DNA of 64,000 bases from Mobula hypostoma (GCF_963921235.1 NC_086108.1:54376001-54440000), one strand, 5' to 3'; shown: positions 25,361 to 39,605, numbered from the stretch's first letter. The notes: generated by a model not told the origin, from the sequence alone. A program made the numbers and translations.

Positions 25361-26532
25361 CTGTGTCACAAAAAGCAAAGCATTTTATAATATGCAGATT
25401 ACAAGCTGTAGATAAATTATCAAAGTGTTGAATGCAACTGCTGTTAAGGGAACAATATACATTAAATGAAAATGTTCAGTGATCTTAGTCTTGATGTTTA
25501 GAAGACTAGAGCTTATAGCCTAATGTTGGAGTAAGGACAACACGTGACTACCTTGTAGATAAAACAAAAAGCATGTTGGCTGTACTGTAAAAATTCGTCA
25601 CTGCATAATGACCTACAAGGCCAATCTGCTGTGGATTTTGTGTCTCATAGATCAGTAGATTTATTTGGTGAAAATATTTAACAGAAGAAATTAGATTTTA
25701 CATAATCTGAAGGCTTCATTGTCATTGTTACTAATTAATACTTAATCCCAGATATAATTAATTGGATGTAAACTACTCAGTTGCCAGGTGCAATTTGTAC
25801 AAATGTCTGTTTAGTAAATTAACTCAACCCGAGGATTACAAGATGAATAATATAACCATTCTGATACCATACCTACAATTGGGCACCAAATGTAATTCAT
25901 TAGGAAAAGATCCCTCTGGTATTAATACCCCCTGGGAAACAATGCCCAGAGCATAAATACAATTCAAATGCAGTTCCCAGTATCAAAACATGGCTAAAAT
26001 AAAACCATAGATGTGCACTTATTATCATTTAAGTTTCTGTTCAACTATCTCCAGAAATATTTGGGAGGAAAAGGTGAAGACTAAATTATCAAAGCTTTAC
26101 CAAATAGTTCATATTAAAATTCTTTGTCAGGAATAAAGATTAAGGACATCATTACAATTCTGCTCCAGTCTTTTTTATACAAACAATATCCTCTCAAACA
26201 GAACAAAAACAAACAAATTGATCAATACAAAAACTCCTGTTTCTTAATTGAGTTAAATCCTCATATTGGACAGATAAATTTTAGCTGCAGACCAAGAATT
26301 TAGTGATTATCACTTTGAAAGAATTGGACCCTGGTGAACAACATCCTTAGGCAAGATGATAAATTTACATTCCTGTTCGATTGTGTCCTTTTTTTAAATT
26401 GCTTGTATTCAAAGAAATATATAATAGAAAATGTTGACTCAAACAACAGTAAAAATCGATGACACAAGGAAGGTAAAAGGAATGGACATACTTTGGAAAT
26501 AGTAAAACAAAGGAAGACGTTGTTCATAATTA

Positions 26533-26727
<195 letters not shown>

Positions 26728-27342
26728 CTAGAAAGAAATCTTTTATGATCATGATTAAGACTTATGTTTAGGAGTTTACATTTACAGTGAAACTTAATGG
26801 ATTCTAAAAAATAATTAAGTCCACCTATTGAACACAGACTTGGATTTCTTGCTGCCCTGACACACTGATTCCAGGTCATCTATAACTCCTCTGTGTCAAC
26901 TGTACCTTTAGGATCTGAAAGCGGCCTTTTGAATGTGCAAGGCCTGTCAAAAAGTGCTGCCTGGCTACTCAGGTGCAATGAAATTTGTCTTCACACCAAT
27001 TGCATTTCTCTTCCACAATCTGTAAATCAATAGCAACAGTTGATGATCATGAACAGAATTTCTGTGTTCCTCAGTGCTGGGAAATTGAGGTTCAGCGCAA
27101 TGAGCCTATTGTTGTTTGGAAGAGTTCAGCCATTGACACAAGCCAAGTGGTTAATTATCAATATGTAACAGCCAGCTCTGTATCTAGGGCTTTTCCCAAC
27201 ATGTCCCGGTTTAGAACATATTGTATTAGATGATGTGTCACTGCAGCAGCAAGGGAGGTTCTAAGCTATTGTAAACTAAAATACCATGAAAAATCTCATA
27301 GCAAATATGATGAGTAATCATTTTGTTTGCTGTAATGATGCA

Positions 27343-29690
27343 TTGAGGAAGGGTTAATTAGTGATCTTGTCGTGAGAGGCCCCTTGGGTAAGAGTGACCA
27401 TAATATGGTGGAATTCTTCATTAAGATGGAGAGTGACATAGTTAATTCAGAAACAAAGGTTCTGAACTTAAAGAGGGGTAACTTTGAAGGTATGAGACGT
27501 GAATTAGCTAAGATAGACTGGCAAATGACACTTAAAGGATTGATGGTGGATATGCAATGGCAAGCATTTAAAGGTTGCATGGATGAACTACAACAATTGT
27601 TCATCCCAGTTTGGCAAAAGAATAAATCAAGGAAGGTAGTGCACCCGTGGCTGACAAGAGAAATTAGGGATAGTATCAATTCCAAAGAAGAAGCATACAA
27701 ATTAGCCAGAGAAAGTGGCTCACCTGAGGATTGGGAGAAATTCAGAGTTCAGCAGAGGAGGACAAAGGGCTTAATTAGGAAGGGGAAAAAAGATTATGAG
27801 AGAAAACTGGCAGGGAACATAAAAACAGACTGTAAAAGCTTTTATAGATATGTAAAAAGGAAAAGACTGGTAAAGACAAATGTAGGTCCCCTGCAGACAG
27901 AAACAGGTGAATTGATTATGGGGAGCAAGTTACATGGCAGACCAATTGAATAATTACTTTGGTTCTGTCTTCACTAAGGAGGACATAAATAATCTTCCAG
28001 AAATAGTAGGGAACAGAGGGTCCAGTGAGATGGAGGAACTGAGCAAAATACATGTTAGTAGGGAAGTGGTGTTAGGTAAATTGAAGGGATTGAAGGCAGA
28101 TAAATCCCCAGGGCCAGATGGTCTGCATCCTAGAGTGCTTAAGGAAGTAGCCCAAGAAATAGTGGATGCATTAGTGATAATTTTTCAAAACTCGTTAGAT
28201 TCTGGACTAGTTCCTGAGGATTGGAGGGTGGCTAATGTAACTCCACTTTTTAAAAAAGGAGGGAGAGAGAAACCGGGGAATTATAGACCGGTTAGCCTAA
28301 CGTCGGTGGTGGGGAAACTGCTGGAGTCAGTTATCAAGGATGTGATAACAGCACATTTGGAAAGCGGTGAAATGATCGGACAAAGTCAGCATGGATTTGT
28401 GAAAGGAAAATCATGTCTGACGAATCTCATAGAATTTTTTGAGGATGTAACTAGTAGAGTGGATAGGGGAGAACCAGTGGATGTGGTATATTTGGATTTT
28501 CAAAAGGTTTTTGACAAGGTCCCACACAGGAGATTAGTGTGCAAACTTAAAGCACACGGTATTGGGGGTAAGGTATTGGTGTGGGTGGAGAATTGGTTAG
28601 CAGACAGGAAGCAAAGAGTGGGAATAAACGGGACCTTTTCAGAATGGCAGGCGGTGACTAGTGGGGTACCGTGAGGCTCAGTGCTGGGACCCCAGTTGTT
28701 TACAGTATATATTAATGACTTGGATGAGGGAATTAAATGCAGCATCTCCAAGTTTGCGAATGACACGAAGCTGGGTGGCAGTGTTAGCTGTGAGAAGGAT
28801 GCTAAGAGGATGCAGGGTGACTTGGATAGGTTGGGTGAGTGGGCAAATTCATGGCAGATGCAACTTAATGTGGATAAATGTGAAGTTATCCACTTTGGTG
28901 GCAAAAATAGGAAAACAGATTATTATCTGAATGGTGGCCGATTAGGAAATGGGGAGGTGCAACGAGACCTGGGTGTCATTATACACCAGTCATTGAAAGT
29001 GGGCATGCAGGTACAGCAGGCAGTGAAAAAGGCAAATGGTATGCTGGCATTTATAGCAAAAGGATTCGAGTACAGGAGCAGGGAGGTACTATTGCAGTTG
29101 TACAAGGCCTTGGTGAGACCACACCTGGAGTATTGTGTGCAGTTTTGGTCCCCTAATCTGAGGAAAGACATCCTTGCCATAGAGGGAGTACAAAGAAGGT
29201 TCACCAGATTGATTCTTGGGACGGCAGGACTTTCATATGAAGAAAGACTGGATGAACTGGGCTTGTACTCGTTGGAATTTAGAAGATTGAGCAGGGATCT
29301 GATTGAGACGTATAAGATCCTAAAGGGTTTGGACAGGCTAGATGCAGGAAGATTGTTCCCGATGTTGGGGAAGTCCAGAACGAGGGGCCACAGTTTGAGG
29401 ATAGAGGGGAAGCCTTTTAGGACCGAGATTAGGAAAAACTTCTTCACACAGAGAGTGGTGAATCTGTGGAATTCTCTGCCACAGGAAACAGTTGAGGCCA
29501 GTTCATTGGCTATATTTAAGAGGGAGTTAGATATGGCCCTTGTGGCTACGGGGCTCAGGGGGTATGGAGGGAAGGCTGGGGCGGGGTTCTGAGTGGGATG
29601 ATCAGCCATGATCATAATAAATGGCGGTGCAGGCTCGAAGGGCCGAATGGCCTACTCCTGCACCTATTTTCTATGTTTCTATGTTTCTAT
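27343..29690 (+). mobile_element. Young CR1 LINE, 5'-truncated ORF2 (APE end, RT, C-terminus) and 3' UTR
   Basis: Three abutting ORFs from LGKSDHNMVEF to the C-terminus; one frameshift near 27930, one TGA at 28672; tail (ttctatgt)n. Confidence 0.97.
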
Positions 29691-30039
29691 ACGTTTGATT
29701 ACAGGGCCAGGTCTGGGAAAGTATCAGTGCTTTCCATTACCTGTAAAATTATGGGATTTATTCTTTCTATATATCAAACTAAAACCAATTAACCTGAAAT
29801 TCTGCCCAAAGCTGTCATTTCCATTCCGCCTGCATGCCATTCCAGCAATTTCCATACCAATCAGTGCCTTCCTGCCAATCTGCTGCTATCAGCATCTGTT
29901 GATCATCTTGGAACTTTGCCACACCTTCAAGCTCAAAAGATTCCACCTAAACCTTTGTTTCTCCCACCTCATTGCAACTCAAAGCAGATTCTCACATACC
30001 ACCTGTTATCATCCTGATCTTCAGCTCCCCAATCATCAT

Positions 30040-31238
30040 GGACTGACCTTCACTACTGAGCAGGTGAGAAGGGTTCTGGGGAAACTCAGACACAGCAAAG
30101 CATTGGTGTGAACCCCAAGGTCCTGAAGGAGTGTCCTAAGCATTTGTGTGGAGTTCTCCACATTTTCAACCTGAGTCTCAGCGTGGAAAGGGTCCCAACT
30201 GTGTGGGAAAACGTTGTGTGTGGTTCCATTACCCAAGAAAGGCCAACCAAAAGTCTTGAATGATTACCACCCAGTGGCCCTGACCTCACACATCATGAAG
30301 ACCCTAGAGAGGCTGGCCCTGGCTCATCTCCAACCCCTGGTCAGATCAGCCCGCAATCCTCTGAACTTTGCCTACCAGGAGCACATTGGAATCGATGATG
30401 CTGTCATCTACCTGCTGAATAGAGCCTACTCCCATCTGGATAAGCAAGGCAGGACTGTGAGGATCATGTTTTTTTTATTTCTCAAGTGCCTTCAATACCA
30501 CACAGCCCTTACTGCTGTGGGGAGAGCTCCCAGCTACTGATGGACTTTAGGAAGACTAATCCTGCACTGCTCCCTGTTACTATTGATAGTGAGGATGTGG
30601 ATGTGCTGAGGACCTACAAGTATCGGGGGGAGGGGTGATCCACCTGGTTGACAGACGAATGGAGAACCAAAACAGAGGTTGTGTACAAGAAGGGCCAGAG
30701 TCTCCTCTACGTCCTGAGGAGACTGGGGTCCTTTGGAGTATGCAGGCCTCTGCTTCACATGTTCTACCAGTCTATTGCTACCAGTACAATTTTCCGTACA
30801 GTGGTGACATCAACATGGGTGATGTCAACAGGCTCAATAAATTAATTAGGAAGTCTGGCTCTGTTATAGGAGTCAAATTGGACACACTGGAGGCTGTGGT
30901 AGAACAAAGGACCCTCTGGAAAATCTTGGCAATTCTGCACTGTTTCTCACCCTCTGCATGTCACCTTGGCTGAACAGAAGAACACTTTTAGTAATAGACC
31001 AAGACAACAGCACTGCTCCAAAGAACGCTATATGAGGTCATTCTTACCCTCGGCCATAAGGCTCTATAATGAATCAACCTATAGCCAGGGAAGTGATGAC
31101 CCCCTCCCCCACCCCGTTAGATTGTTTGAGGCAACTTAGTTTTTATTCTTTCTTACTTCTAATATTTGTATATCTGTGCACTTGCAATGCTACTATGACA
31201 CTAATTTACTTTGGGATCAATAAAGTATCTATCTATCT
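30040..31238 (+). mobile_element. Rex1/Babar-type LINE with internal deletion
   Basis: VVPLPKK..P..LNDYHPVALTSHIMKTLERL, FAYQ..IGIDDAV, KKGQSLLYVLRRL; tail aataaagtatctatctatct. Confidence 0.9.
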
Positions 31239-31329
31239 TTATCCCATAGGTAAACACAGTTGTACTATTTGTTGTAAGATGACAAAGAACTGATTTTCCT
31301 CTGATAATTTAGGTTAAAAATAAACTCTA

Positions 31330-31524
<195 letters not shown>

Positions 31525-31899
31525 CTATTAATGAAATTATTCATATTAGATCCATACTTGATCTCAGAGATGATTAAATGTATGTCAATTTTTCTCCATC
31601 CGATGGAAATCGTGCAAAAGATGATGAAAGCAGAAAAGGAAGCTCAGCGCTTTAAGCCTAAATCATCCCGTATCACCCAATTAATCACAAAATCTGCTTT
31701 AAAAAGTTTTTAAAAAGCAAGATCATGATTGAAATTAGAATACAAATCATCTCATTAATCAGTAGTTAAGGTTTCTTCACACCAAGTAGTCAAACTTCCA
31801 ACTACTTTTCCATTTATTCCCTTTTGTCAATAAACCACATATTAATAAGGTTAAATGGTATGTGTTTCAACTTTTAACTTCAAAATGCATTAGAACATG

Positions 31900-32715
31900 A
31901 CCACAAAACACCAGTTGTACACGAGCCAGCCACTTAGTATTATCATGGCTGATCTTTTACCTCAGTACTAGTTTACTGTACTCACCTCATATCCAAAAAT
32001 CTATCAATTTCTGTCTTATATACACACTACTATTAAACTTCCATCTTGGAAAGAGTATTCTGAAGATTCTCTATTCGCTGTGTGAATAAATTCCTCTGCA
32101 ATTCCATCCTAAAAGGACAAGCTCTTATTTTAAGATAATATCTCCAGTTCTAGACACCCCGAACATGAGAAGCAACAACTTTGCACCAACCCCTAAGTTT
32201 CAGTGGCATCACATTTCATTCATCTGGAAAAGAGTGCACCCCAACCTGCTTGATTTTTCCTCATCCAACCAAACTGACATCCCTGAACCAATCTGGTGAA
32301 CCTTCACCACAATCTATCACTAGTATACCTGCACTCAGTTTTGGAGACCTGTCCTGTACAAAATATTTCAGGTTGCATCCTGGCCCTGTATAGTCGAAGC
32401 AAGGAAATCCTTGCAGGAAAAGCCAATGCAATACATGCCTTCTATATTTTTGTGTTTGCTATCCAACACAACTGAATTTAAAAATGCCACGATTTTTTAC
32501 TAACAAAGTGGATGACCCTACACTTTTCCATCACCCTTGTCCTTGCCCGTGCCCTTTCATATTCCTAGTAAATATTGTTTTGAAGCTTTTCTGCATCATC
32601 CTCACAGGCAACACTGTCACCCAGTTTTGCATCACAAGCAAACTTGCATAGCTAGCTGTCGATTCCCTGATTCACATCATTGAAGTACGTAGTGAACAGC
32701 TTGTAGTCTCCAAGA
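31900..32715 (-). mobile_element. Old degenerate CR1
   Basis: ttttgcatcacaagcaaacttg (reversed KFA.DA), ttggagacctgtcctgtacaaaatatttcagg (reversed LKYFVQ...P). Confidence 0.55.
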
Positions 32716-32732
32716 AAATAACCGCTCCCTCA

Positions 32733-33418
32733 AGAATAAAGGAGCTGGTTGTGGACTACAGGAGGAATGGAGACATCAATGGATCTGGGGTTGAGAGGGT
32801 GAACAGCTTTAAGTTCCTCAGCATAAACATCACCAAGGATCTCACATGGTCTGTACATACCGGCAGTGTCGTGAAAAAGGCACAACAGCACATCTTTCAC
32901 CTCAGACGGTTAAAGATGTTTGGTATGGCCCCCCAAATTCTAAGAACTTTCTATAGGGGCATGATTGAGAGCATCCTGACTGGCTGTATCACTGCCTGGT
33001 ATGGGAACTGTACTTCCTTCAATCGCAGGACTCTGCAGAGAGTGGTGCGGACAGCCCAGCGCATCTGTAGATGTGAACTTCCCACTGTTCAGGACATTTA
33101 CAAAGACAGGTGTGTAAAAAGGACCCGGGGGATCATTGGAGACCCGAATCACCCCAACCGCAAACTGTTCCAGCTGCTACCACCCAGGAAACGATACCGC
33201 AGCATAACAGCCAGGACCAACAGGCTCCGGGACAGCTTCTTCCACCAGGCCATCAGACTGTTTTATTCATGCTGAGACATGTATTTCTATGTTATATAGA
33301 CTATCCTATTGTACATAATATTTAAATGACTATGATTGTACATTTGAACGGAGATGTAATGTAAATATTTTTACTCATGTACATGAAGGATGTAAATAAT
33401 AAAGTCAATTCAATGCAA
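32733..33418 (+). mobile_element. Rex1/Babar-type LINE, 5'-truncated
   Basis: ORF 32751-33275 VERVNSFKFL..ITKDLTWS..KKAQQHIFHLRRLK..IESILTGCITAWYG; tail aataaagtcaattcaat. Confidence 0.9.
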
Positions 33419-33934
33419 CATTGATCCCTGCTCATCAGTAATCCAGAAAAAAAACTAATTCTCTGTAAACCTGTTTTGACATCATGCCAGAAAAAGTTTC
33501 CACTCATTTTGTTTACTACTTCTGTGTGGCACTTTATTGAAGACCTTCCAAATATCCAAATGCACAAAATCAAGTAGTTTGCTCTTTTGTATTTCTGTAA
33601 TTTACAACATCAAAATATGATTTTCTTTACATACTTCTACCCGACTGCCCAATCATATTGACTTTCTAAATTGCTACTTTCTCAATAATATATTTCAGTA
33701 TTTCCCCTACTGCTGATGACAGGGTAACATGTCTACAGTTCTCCATTTATCCCCTTTCTGTAATTTTAAAAACTAGGGTTATTTTCTGCTAATTTAGCTT
33801 GCTCAGGTTATATGGTCCCCTATCAATATTGTGTATTTGTTGTTACTTATAGCTCCAATTTCCTGAATTTAACTCCAAGTATTTGGATTTTCAGAAGGTG
33901 CCACACTTTACCATTGTAGTTTGGAGGTTTATAT

Positions 33935-34222
33935 TGTTGTTGTTGAGTGCCATCAAGTCGTCGATTCATGGTGACCCTACGGATAATGTAGTTGTCCATA
34001 AGATCTTCATGGCAAGATAAGGAAGTAGATTGCCAGGCCATTCTTCTGCAGAAGTGCAGCTGCGGCCCAGGTCGGGACCTGGTTGGATCTGAACTCAGGA
34101 CCATGCATCTCAAAAGTCCAGAGCCATACCACTGGCCAGTCCAAAGGTTTTTATACCTGGTTGGATTTGAACTCAGGACCATGCATCTCAAAAGTCCAGA
34201 GTTATACCACTGGCCAGTCCAA
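33935..34222 (-). mobile_element. tRNA-headed SINE with RTE-like (CAA)n tail; head tandemly duplicated
   Basis: Minus strand A-box TGGCCAGTGG, B-box GTTCAAATCC, (caa)n tail; 10-bp TSD aggtttatat (33925-33934 / 34223-34232). Confidence 0.75.
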
Positions 34223-34232
34223 AGGTTTATAT
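34077..34232. repeat. 78-bp tandem duplication (2 units)
   Basis: acctggttggat...ccaaaggttt(t/a)tat at 34077-34154 and 34155-34232, with few mismatches. Confidence 0.95.
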
Positions 34233-35032
34233 ACAACCCCTATTTTGCAACATGTTACTGAGTTTGTACTTAATTATTTTGTTCCATGCCCTTAGTTGAC
34301 TTAGCTTTGACCAAAGCTGGGTGCATTCAGGTGAAGCACCTTCAATTTTTGCTTTCTCGAATTCCAAATAGAGGTTCAGCCTTGTGCTTCTAAGAACAGT
34401 CTTTTCTCAACATATTGGTAGCACTTAGCCTCAGTGAATCCAATAGGATCATGGTTGTTGCTTTATTTCAGCTTCATTTATTTTTACCTCCACTAACCAC
34501 ATATTCACCAACTCCCATATTATCTATAAATCTGTCAACATCTATACCAAATATACTCAACAAGCCTGCATAATCCTCCTTGGTAGAAAATTCCTAAAGT
34601 TCATCACCTTTTGGGTTAAGAAATTCCTTCTCCGTCCTGAATGTCTAACTCTTTATACTGAGTAATCGTTGGTTCTAGTTACACCACCCAGGGAAAACAT
34701 TAACTCCACATTTGTCCCCTCAAACCATGTAAGAACTATAATAATCTTGCTTCCATAATAATTGCTTTTTCTTTATCTTTCTAAATTCCCTGTCATCAGC
34801 AGCCAACTCCTGCCAACTATTTAAATGGATGTCTTATCTACTATTGTCACAGTTGTGTAGAAAGGTTTCTCTTGCTTATTCTCTTGAACTGGTTATACAG
34901 AAACATTATTCCATTGAGTCATGAATCACCACCAACTGTTTCTATCTTGAACTCTTAAATATTTTATACACTCTTAAAAATAACAATAATATTGCCTCAG
35001 TATTTATTGATTTGTTGGCTAAAACTGCATTG

Positions 35033-35387
35033 ACATATAAAAATTGCTGGTGAATGCAGCAGGCCAGGCAGCATCTATAGGACGAGGTACAGTCAACGTT
35101 TCGGGCCGAGGCCCTTTGTCAGAATTAACTGAAAGAAGATGTAGTAAGAGATTTGAAAGTGGGAGGGGGAGGGGGAGATCCAAAATGATAGGAGAAGACA
35201 GGAGGGACTCCCACTTTCAGATCTCTTTCTATCTCTTCTTTCAGTTAGTCCTGACGAAGGGTCTCGGCCCAAAACGTCGACTGTACCTCTTCCTATAGAT
35301 GCTGCCTGGCCTGCTGCGTTCACCAGCAATTTTTATGTGTGTTGCTTTAAATTCCAGCATCTGCAGAATTCTTCGTGTTGGCGTTTT
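35033..35387. mobile_element. Fold-back Penelope-like (family A) insertion with two oppositely oriented hammerhead motifs
   Basis: Arms 35033-35165 and 35208-35340 are reverse complements; 13-bp TSD taaaactgcattg (35020-35032 / 35388-35400). Confidence 0.88.
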
Positions 35388-35504
35388 TAAAACTGCATTG
35401 TGTGTGTCTACTGCAATCTTCCTAAGATTTTACATAGATAAATCATTCATAATCACTTTGCATATTTTGAACTTCCTGACACGAAATCAATTAATCTCGA
35501 ACGG

Positions 35505-36330
35505 AGACCACAGAGCAATACAGCACAGGAACAAGCCCTTTAGCCTATAATACCAAATTGAACTAAACTTATCTGTCTGCATGGATTAATCTCTTTCCAT
35601 TCCCTGAACATTCAAGTGTCCAAATAAATGTCCCAAATGCCATATTGTACCCACTTCCACCACCACTCCTGGCAGTAAGTTCCTACAACTCTGTAGAAAC
35701 CTTATCCCATTCATCTCCTTTCAACTTTCTCCTTCTCATCATAAAGCCATGCCCTTTAGCATTCACATTTCCACCCTTGCAAAAAGACCATCTATCCTGT
35801 CAATGCCACTCATAATTGTATAAATCACTATCAAGTCTCCTCTCAGTTTCTGATGTTCCAGAGAAAACAACACAAGTTTGTCTAACCTCTCCATATAGCA
35901 AATCCTCCCCAATCCAGGAAGCATCCTGGTGGAGCTCTTCTGCACCCTCTCTAAAGCCTCCTGTAACGCGATAACTAGAACTGCACACAATACTCTAAAA
36001 ACAGCTTAACCAAAGTTTTATAGTTCTGAAACATGACTTCCAGACTCATACCCAATGGCTAAATAATAAAGATAAGCATGCCACATGCACTCTTTACCAC
36101 CACATTTACTTGCAGATATCCACCTTCAGGGAGCTGAGGACTTGGACATCAGGATTCTTCTTTGCATCAATGTTCCTCAGGGTCCTGCCTTTTACTGTAT
36201 ACTTTCTCCTTCCAACTCACCTACCAAAGTGCAATACAGTACCTCATATTTGCCTAGACTAAACTTTATCTGCCTGTATCTGCATCGATCTACAATCAAC
36301 TGTATCCTTTGATGATCTTCTTCACTAATT
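35505..36330 (-). mobile_element. CR1 3' part, degenerate
   Basis: Minus-strand ORF ALERVQKSSTRMLPGL...LFSLEHQKLRGDLI. Confidence 0.85.
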
Positions 36331-36609
36331 GTTGTCATCAAGTTTTGCAATTTTTTTTTAAACCAAATAAACTGTTGAACATATAAACCCCCATATATCT
36401 CTTTGCTCTGTGATACTCAGCTTTCTCCAAAAATTTTCAAATTAAAAGTGCAGGAACTCACATTCACTAATACTAAGGTCAATCTGTTATTTGTTTTTAT
36501 CATGTCATTAGCATCTTTCTCCAGTCTCAGATTTATTTGGACTGCACTTTCTCTTTATTACAATGTACAAGTTACATTATGCATGTGCATATACATTTTA
36601 GTAGGTTTA

Positions 36610-36816
<207 letters not shown>

Positions 36817-38793
36817 TTAGAAATAAAAGAATTTTAAAAGAAAATTGAACTTTCTTTGAATTGTTTTACAGAAAGGTGTATGTGCACATATTAATCCCTC
36901 ATTTGTTTTTTATACCAGTGATTTGAAGAAGCTTCAGAGCAGACAATTTATGCACAATATGTCACCATTAAGCTCTTCATCAATAACAGTATGAAAGGCA
37001 ATGGCAATTGTTATTCAGGCACATTTTCTATAAGTATAAACGGAAATGACAATGATGATGTAAAGGTCTTATTTTAAGCATCATGAACTAAACAAAACAG
37101 CTTTAGCTTCTGGGCCTCCTAGAGATGCCAAATTTCTTCTCCTTAAGGATCAGCACCACATTCTATAGTTAGTTTAGTGGAAACTTTGAGAGATATTACA
37201 GATGATCAAGGTTTCTTGTTGAAAAAACCCACATTTGCTCTAATGGGAGAAATTCTAAAAACAGTCAAGTAATCCAGCAACAGAAACAAAACAGTCTGTG
37301 CAGATCATCATTTCTGATTAGATCAGTTCGATGCAGCATGTTCCGAGAAGCAGAATGATTATGAAATACTGAAATTAAGGTTTCTCTTCTTACAATGGTC
37401 AAGTCTACTGATCACCTAGAACAGCTACTCTTTAGATTCTAACTGAGACCACTGGACTGTGATTGAAGATAAGCAAACTTTAGATATAGAGGCGCCTCTC
37501 CATTGTGTCCATTCTTAATAAAATTGTACTCATGTTAGAGTACATTAACAGAGTTGGTCATTGGAATATAAAATGCTGGTTGCAGACTAAAAACTTAATC
37601 TATGTAAGGATGTAATAGGCAAGACAACTTAAATATTGCTTAATGCCATAATTTAATGACTCTAACAATGAATCTTTTGTGTCAATTTTAAATAACATAA
37701 ATAGCTGGACACTTTTTAAATAGGAAAAAAAGACAACTCACAAGTTTGTTACTATACAGGACCAACAACTCCATTGACTGGCTATGTATTGTTTTAAAAT
37801 CAACCACCAAGAGAAACATTTAATTCCTTCCGTATTTCAGATTCATTATTCTCTCAGGGGCACAGACTTCAAACGTTGGGCAAAAGTTGAAAAAGAGAAA
37901 TGCAAAAAGACCTCTGCTCAGCACTTACCATCTGGAATTCATCCTCTATGTCAGCAGCAGATTCAGAATTAATCTGTCTTTAAACACTCAAGAGAGAGAA
38001 CAATCTGCTGCTCTATGGGAAGAGTCTGTGGGAATGGGGTTGATGGAATTAATTCAGCAGAAGTAGGCACACACTTAAATGGCTTCCTTCTACGTTATAA
38101 TGATGCTTCGATTTTTAAAAAGGCGTATTCACCTCCAAATAAGCTAGGCTATTAGTCACTGTGAGGTCCTGGGGTTAGCCCTAAATAAAAGAATTTTCAA
38201 TTTTTCATGACAAAGGTCCATAGATAGTTTTATACATGGGACTTAGCACAAAAATGGATGACCATTGATAACATGTAACAATGATACATAACTAACTACT
38301 GCAGCAGCTGTCAGTCTTCAAACTCTGTGATTCAGCACTCCATTTCCTACCCTCTCATTCCTTGGGATAAAGGAACCGCAGCTGTTTTGCACAATCCTTT
38401 TTGACCATTACAGAATTCACAAGTTGGTCATTGTGACCAGAATGAACAAGGAGAGGGCAGGATAACAAGAACTTCCGCAAACCTTTAACATCGGAATCTG
38501 TTTACTCCACAGCCCAACTGGTGCTCAATATGCGTTCCAAACATGTACCACATTTTGTTGAACATTAACAAATTAAAATATGCATTTATTTTTTAAATTG
38601 TGTGCATTACATTATGTATACAAATACAAGGGGTTTTTGAAAGTAGACTTTAACACAGGACAGTTAATGTACTTGCTAAGAATTCATCAAGTTCTAGAAT
38701 GCAAAATTGTTGGCACAACTCATCAGTTGTTAGTCTGGCAGTGGGCCATATTAAATAAATAAATAAACGCAGGTCGCTTTTATCAGTCTAGAA

Positions 38794-38873
38794 CAGGAAT
38801 TCCTAACCTTTTTTATGCTGTGAAACTCTACCATCAACCATCAGGTCCATGGACCCCAGGTTGGGAACCCCTG
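38794..38873 (-). mobile_element. 80-bp hAT-type MITE, copy 2
   Basis: Ends caggaattcctaacc / ggttgggaacccctg; 8-bp flanks gtctagaa / gtccagag. Confidence 0.8.
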
Positions 38874-38950
38874 GTCCAGAGTGAGTTCAAATGTCATTTC
38901 AAAGCTGATAGGATACCCTGTCACCTGGGAAGTTAGTAAATAAAATGTTA

Positions 38951-39085
<135 letters not shown>

Positions 39086-39294
39086 CTATCGATTAATACA
39101 TTAACCCATACAATACAAGACTGTGGATTAATACCAAAGTATCTTATAATGTTCAGTATTTCAGAGAATACTGATTTTCTGCAAGTATCTCAAGTACTGT
39201 TTTAAGCTGAAACTTCACATGTTCTGGGGCTGAAGGAAGTGAAAAGCCTAGAGAAACGAGGCTGTGGATTTGGACATGATGCTTTGGGGCATTA

Positions 39295-39605
39295 TGGGGT
39301 CCATTAGTTAGGGTTGACCATAGATGTTACCCATGTAGTAGGTTTCCCTCACCCCCTCCACACAGCTGGTGAATCCAAAGGAACAGTAGAGACTGATACA
39401 CTTTGGCACCAGTGGCATTGCAGGAAGTGCGCGTCAACGTTGAACTCTACATGGGACTGTCTTAGGGATTGCAGCCTCAGATTTTTCTTCTGGGTTTACT
39501 CCAGAAGCCCCAGGAGTGGGCGTAGATGCAAGGCAGTGGAGGTTTGAGATCACAGTTTTCCTTCTCCTGGATGAGAAGGAAATGGCTGACAAGCCCCATC
39601 TGTCT
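39295..39605 (-). mobile_element. Possible non-autonomous RTE-derived repeat
   Basis: ttttccttctcctggatgag...ggctgacaagccccatc resembles reversed RTE 5' ends; recognised from memory only. Confidence 0.35.

Noticed and set aside
34155..34222. Possible tRNA gene (A and B boxes)
   Set aside because: No complete cloverleaf is evident; it is attached to a SINE body, tail and TSD.
34077..34232. Direct repeats resembling a CRISPR array
   Set aside because: Only two abutting 78-bp units with no spacers, in a vertebrate intron; explained as a duplicated SINE head.
35044..35329. Mirror ORFs on both strands starting MLVNAAGQAASIGRGTV
   Set aside because: Artefact of the inverted-repeat arms; no evidence for a protein.
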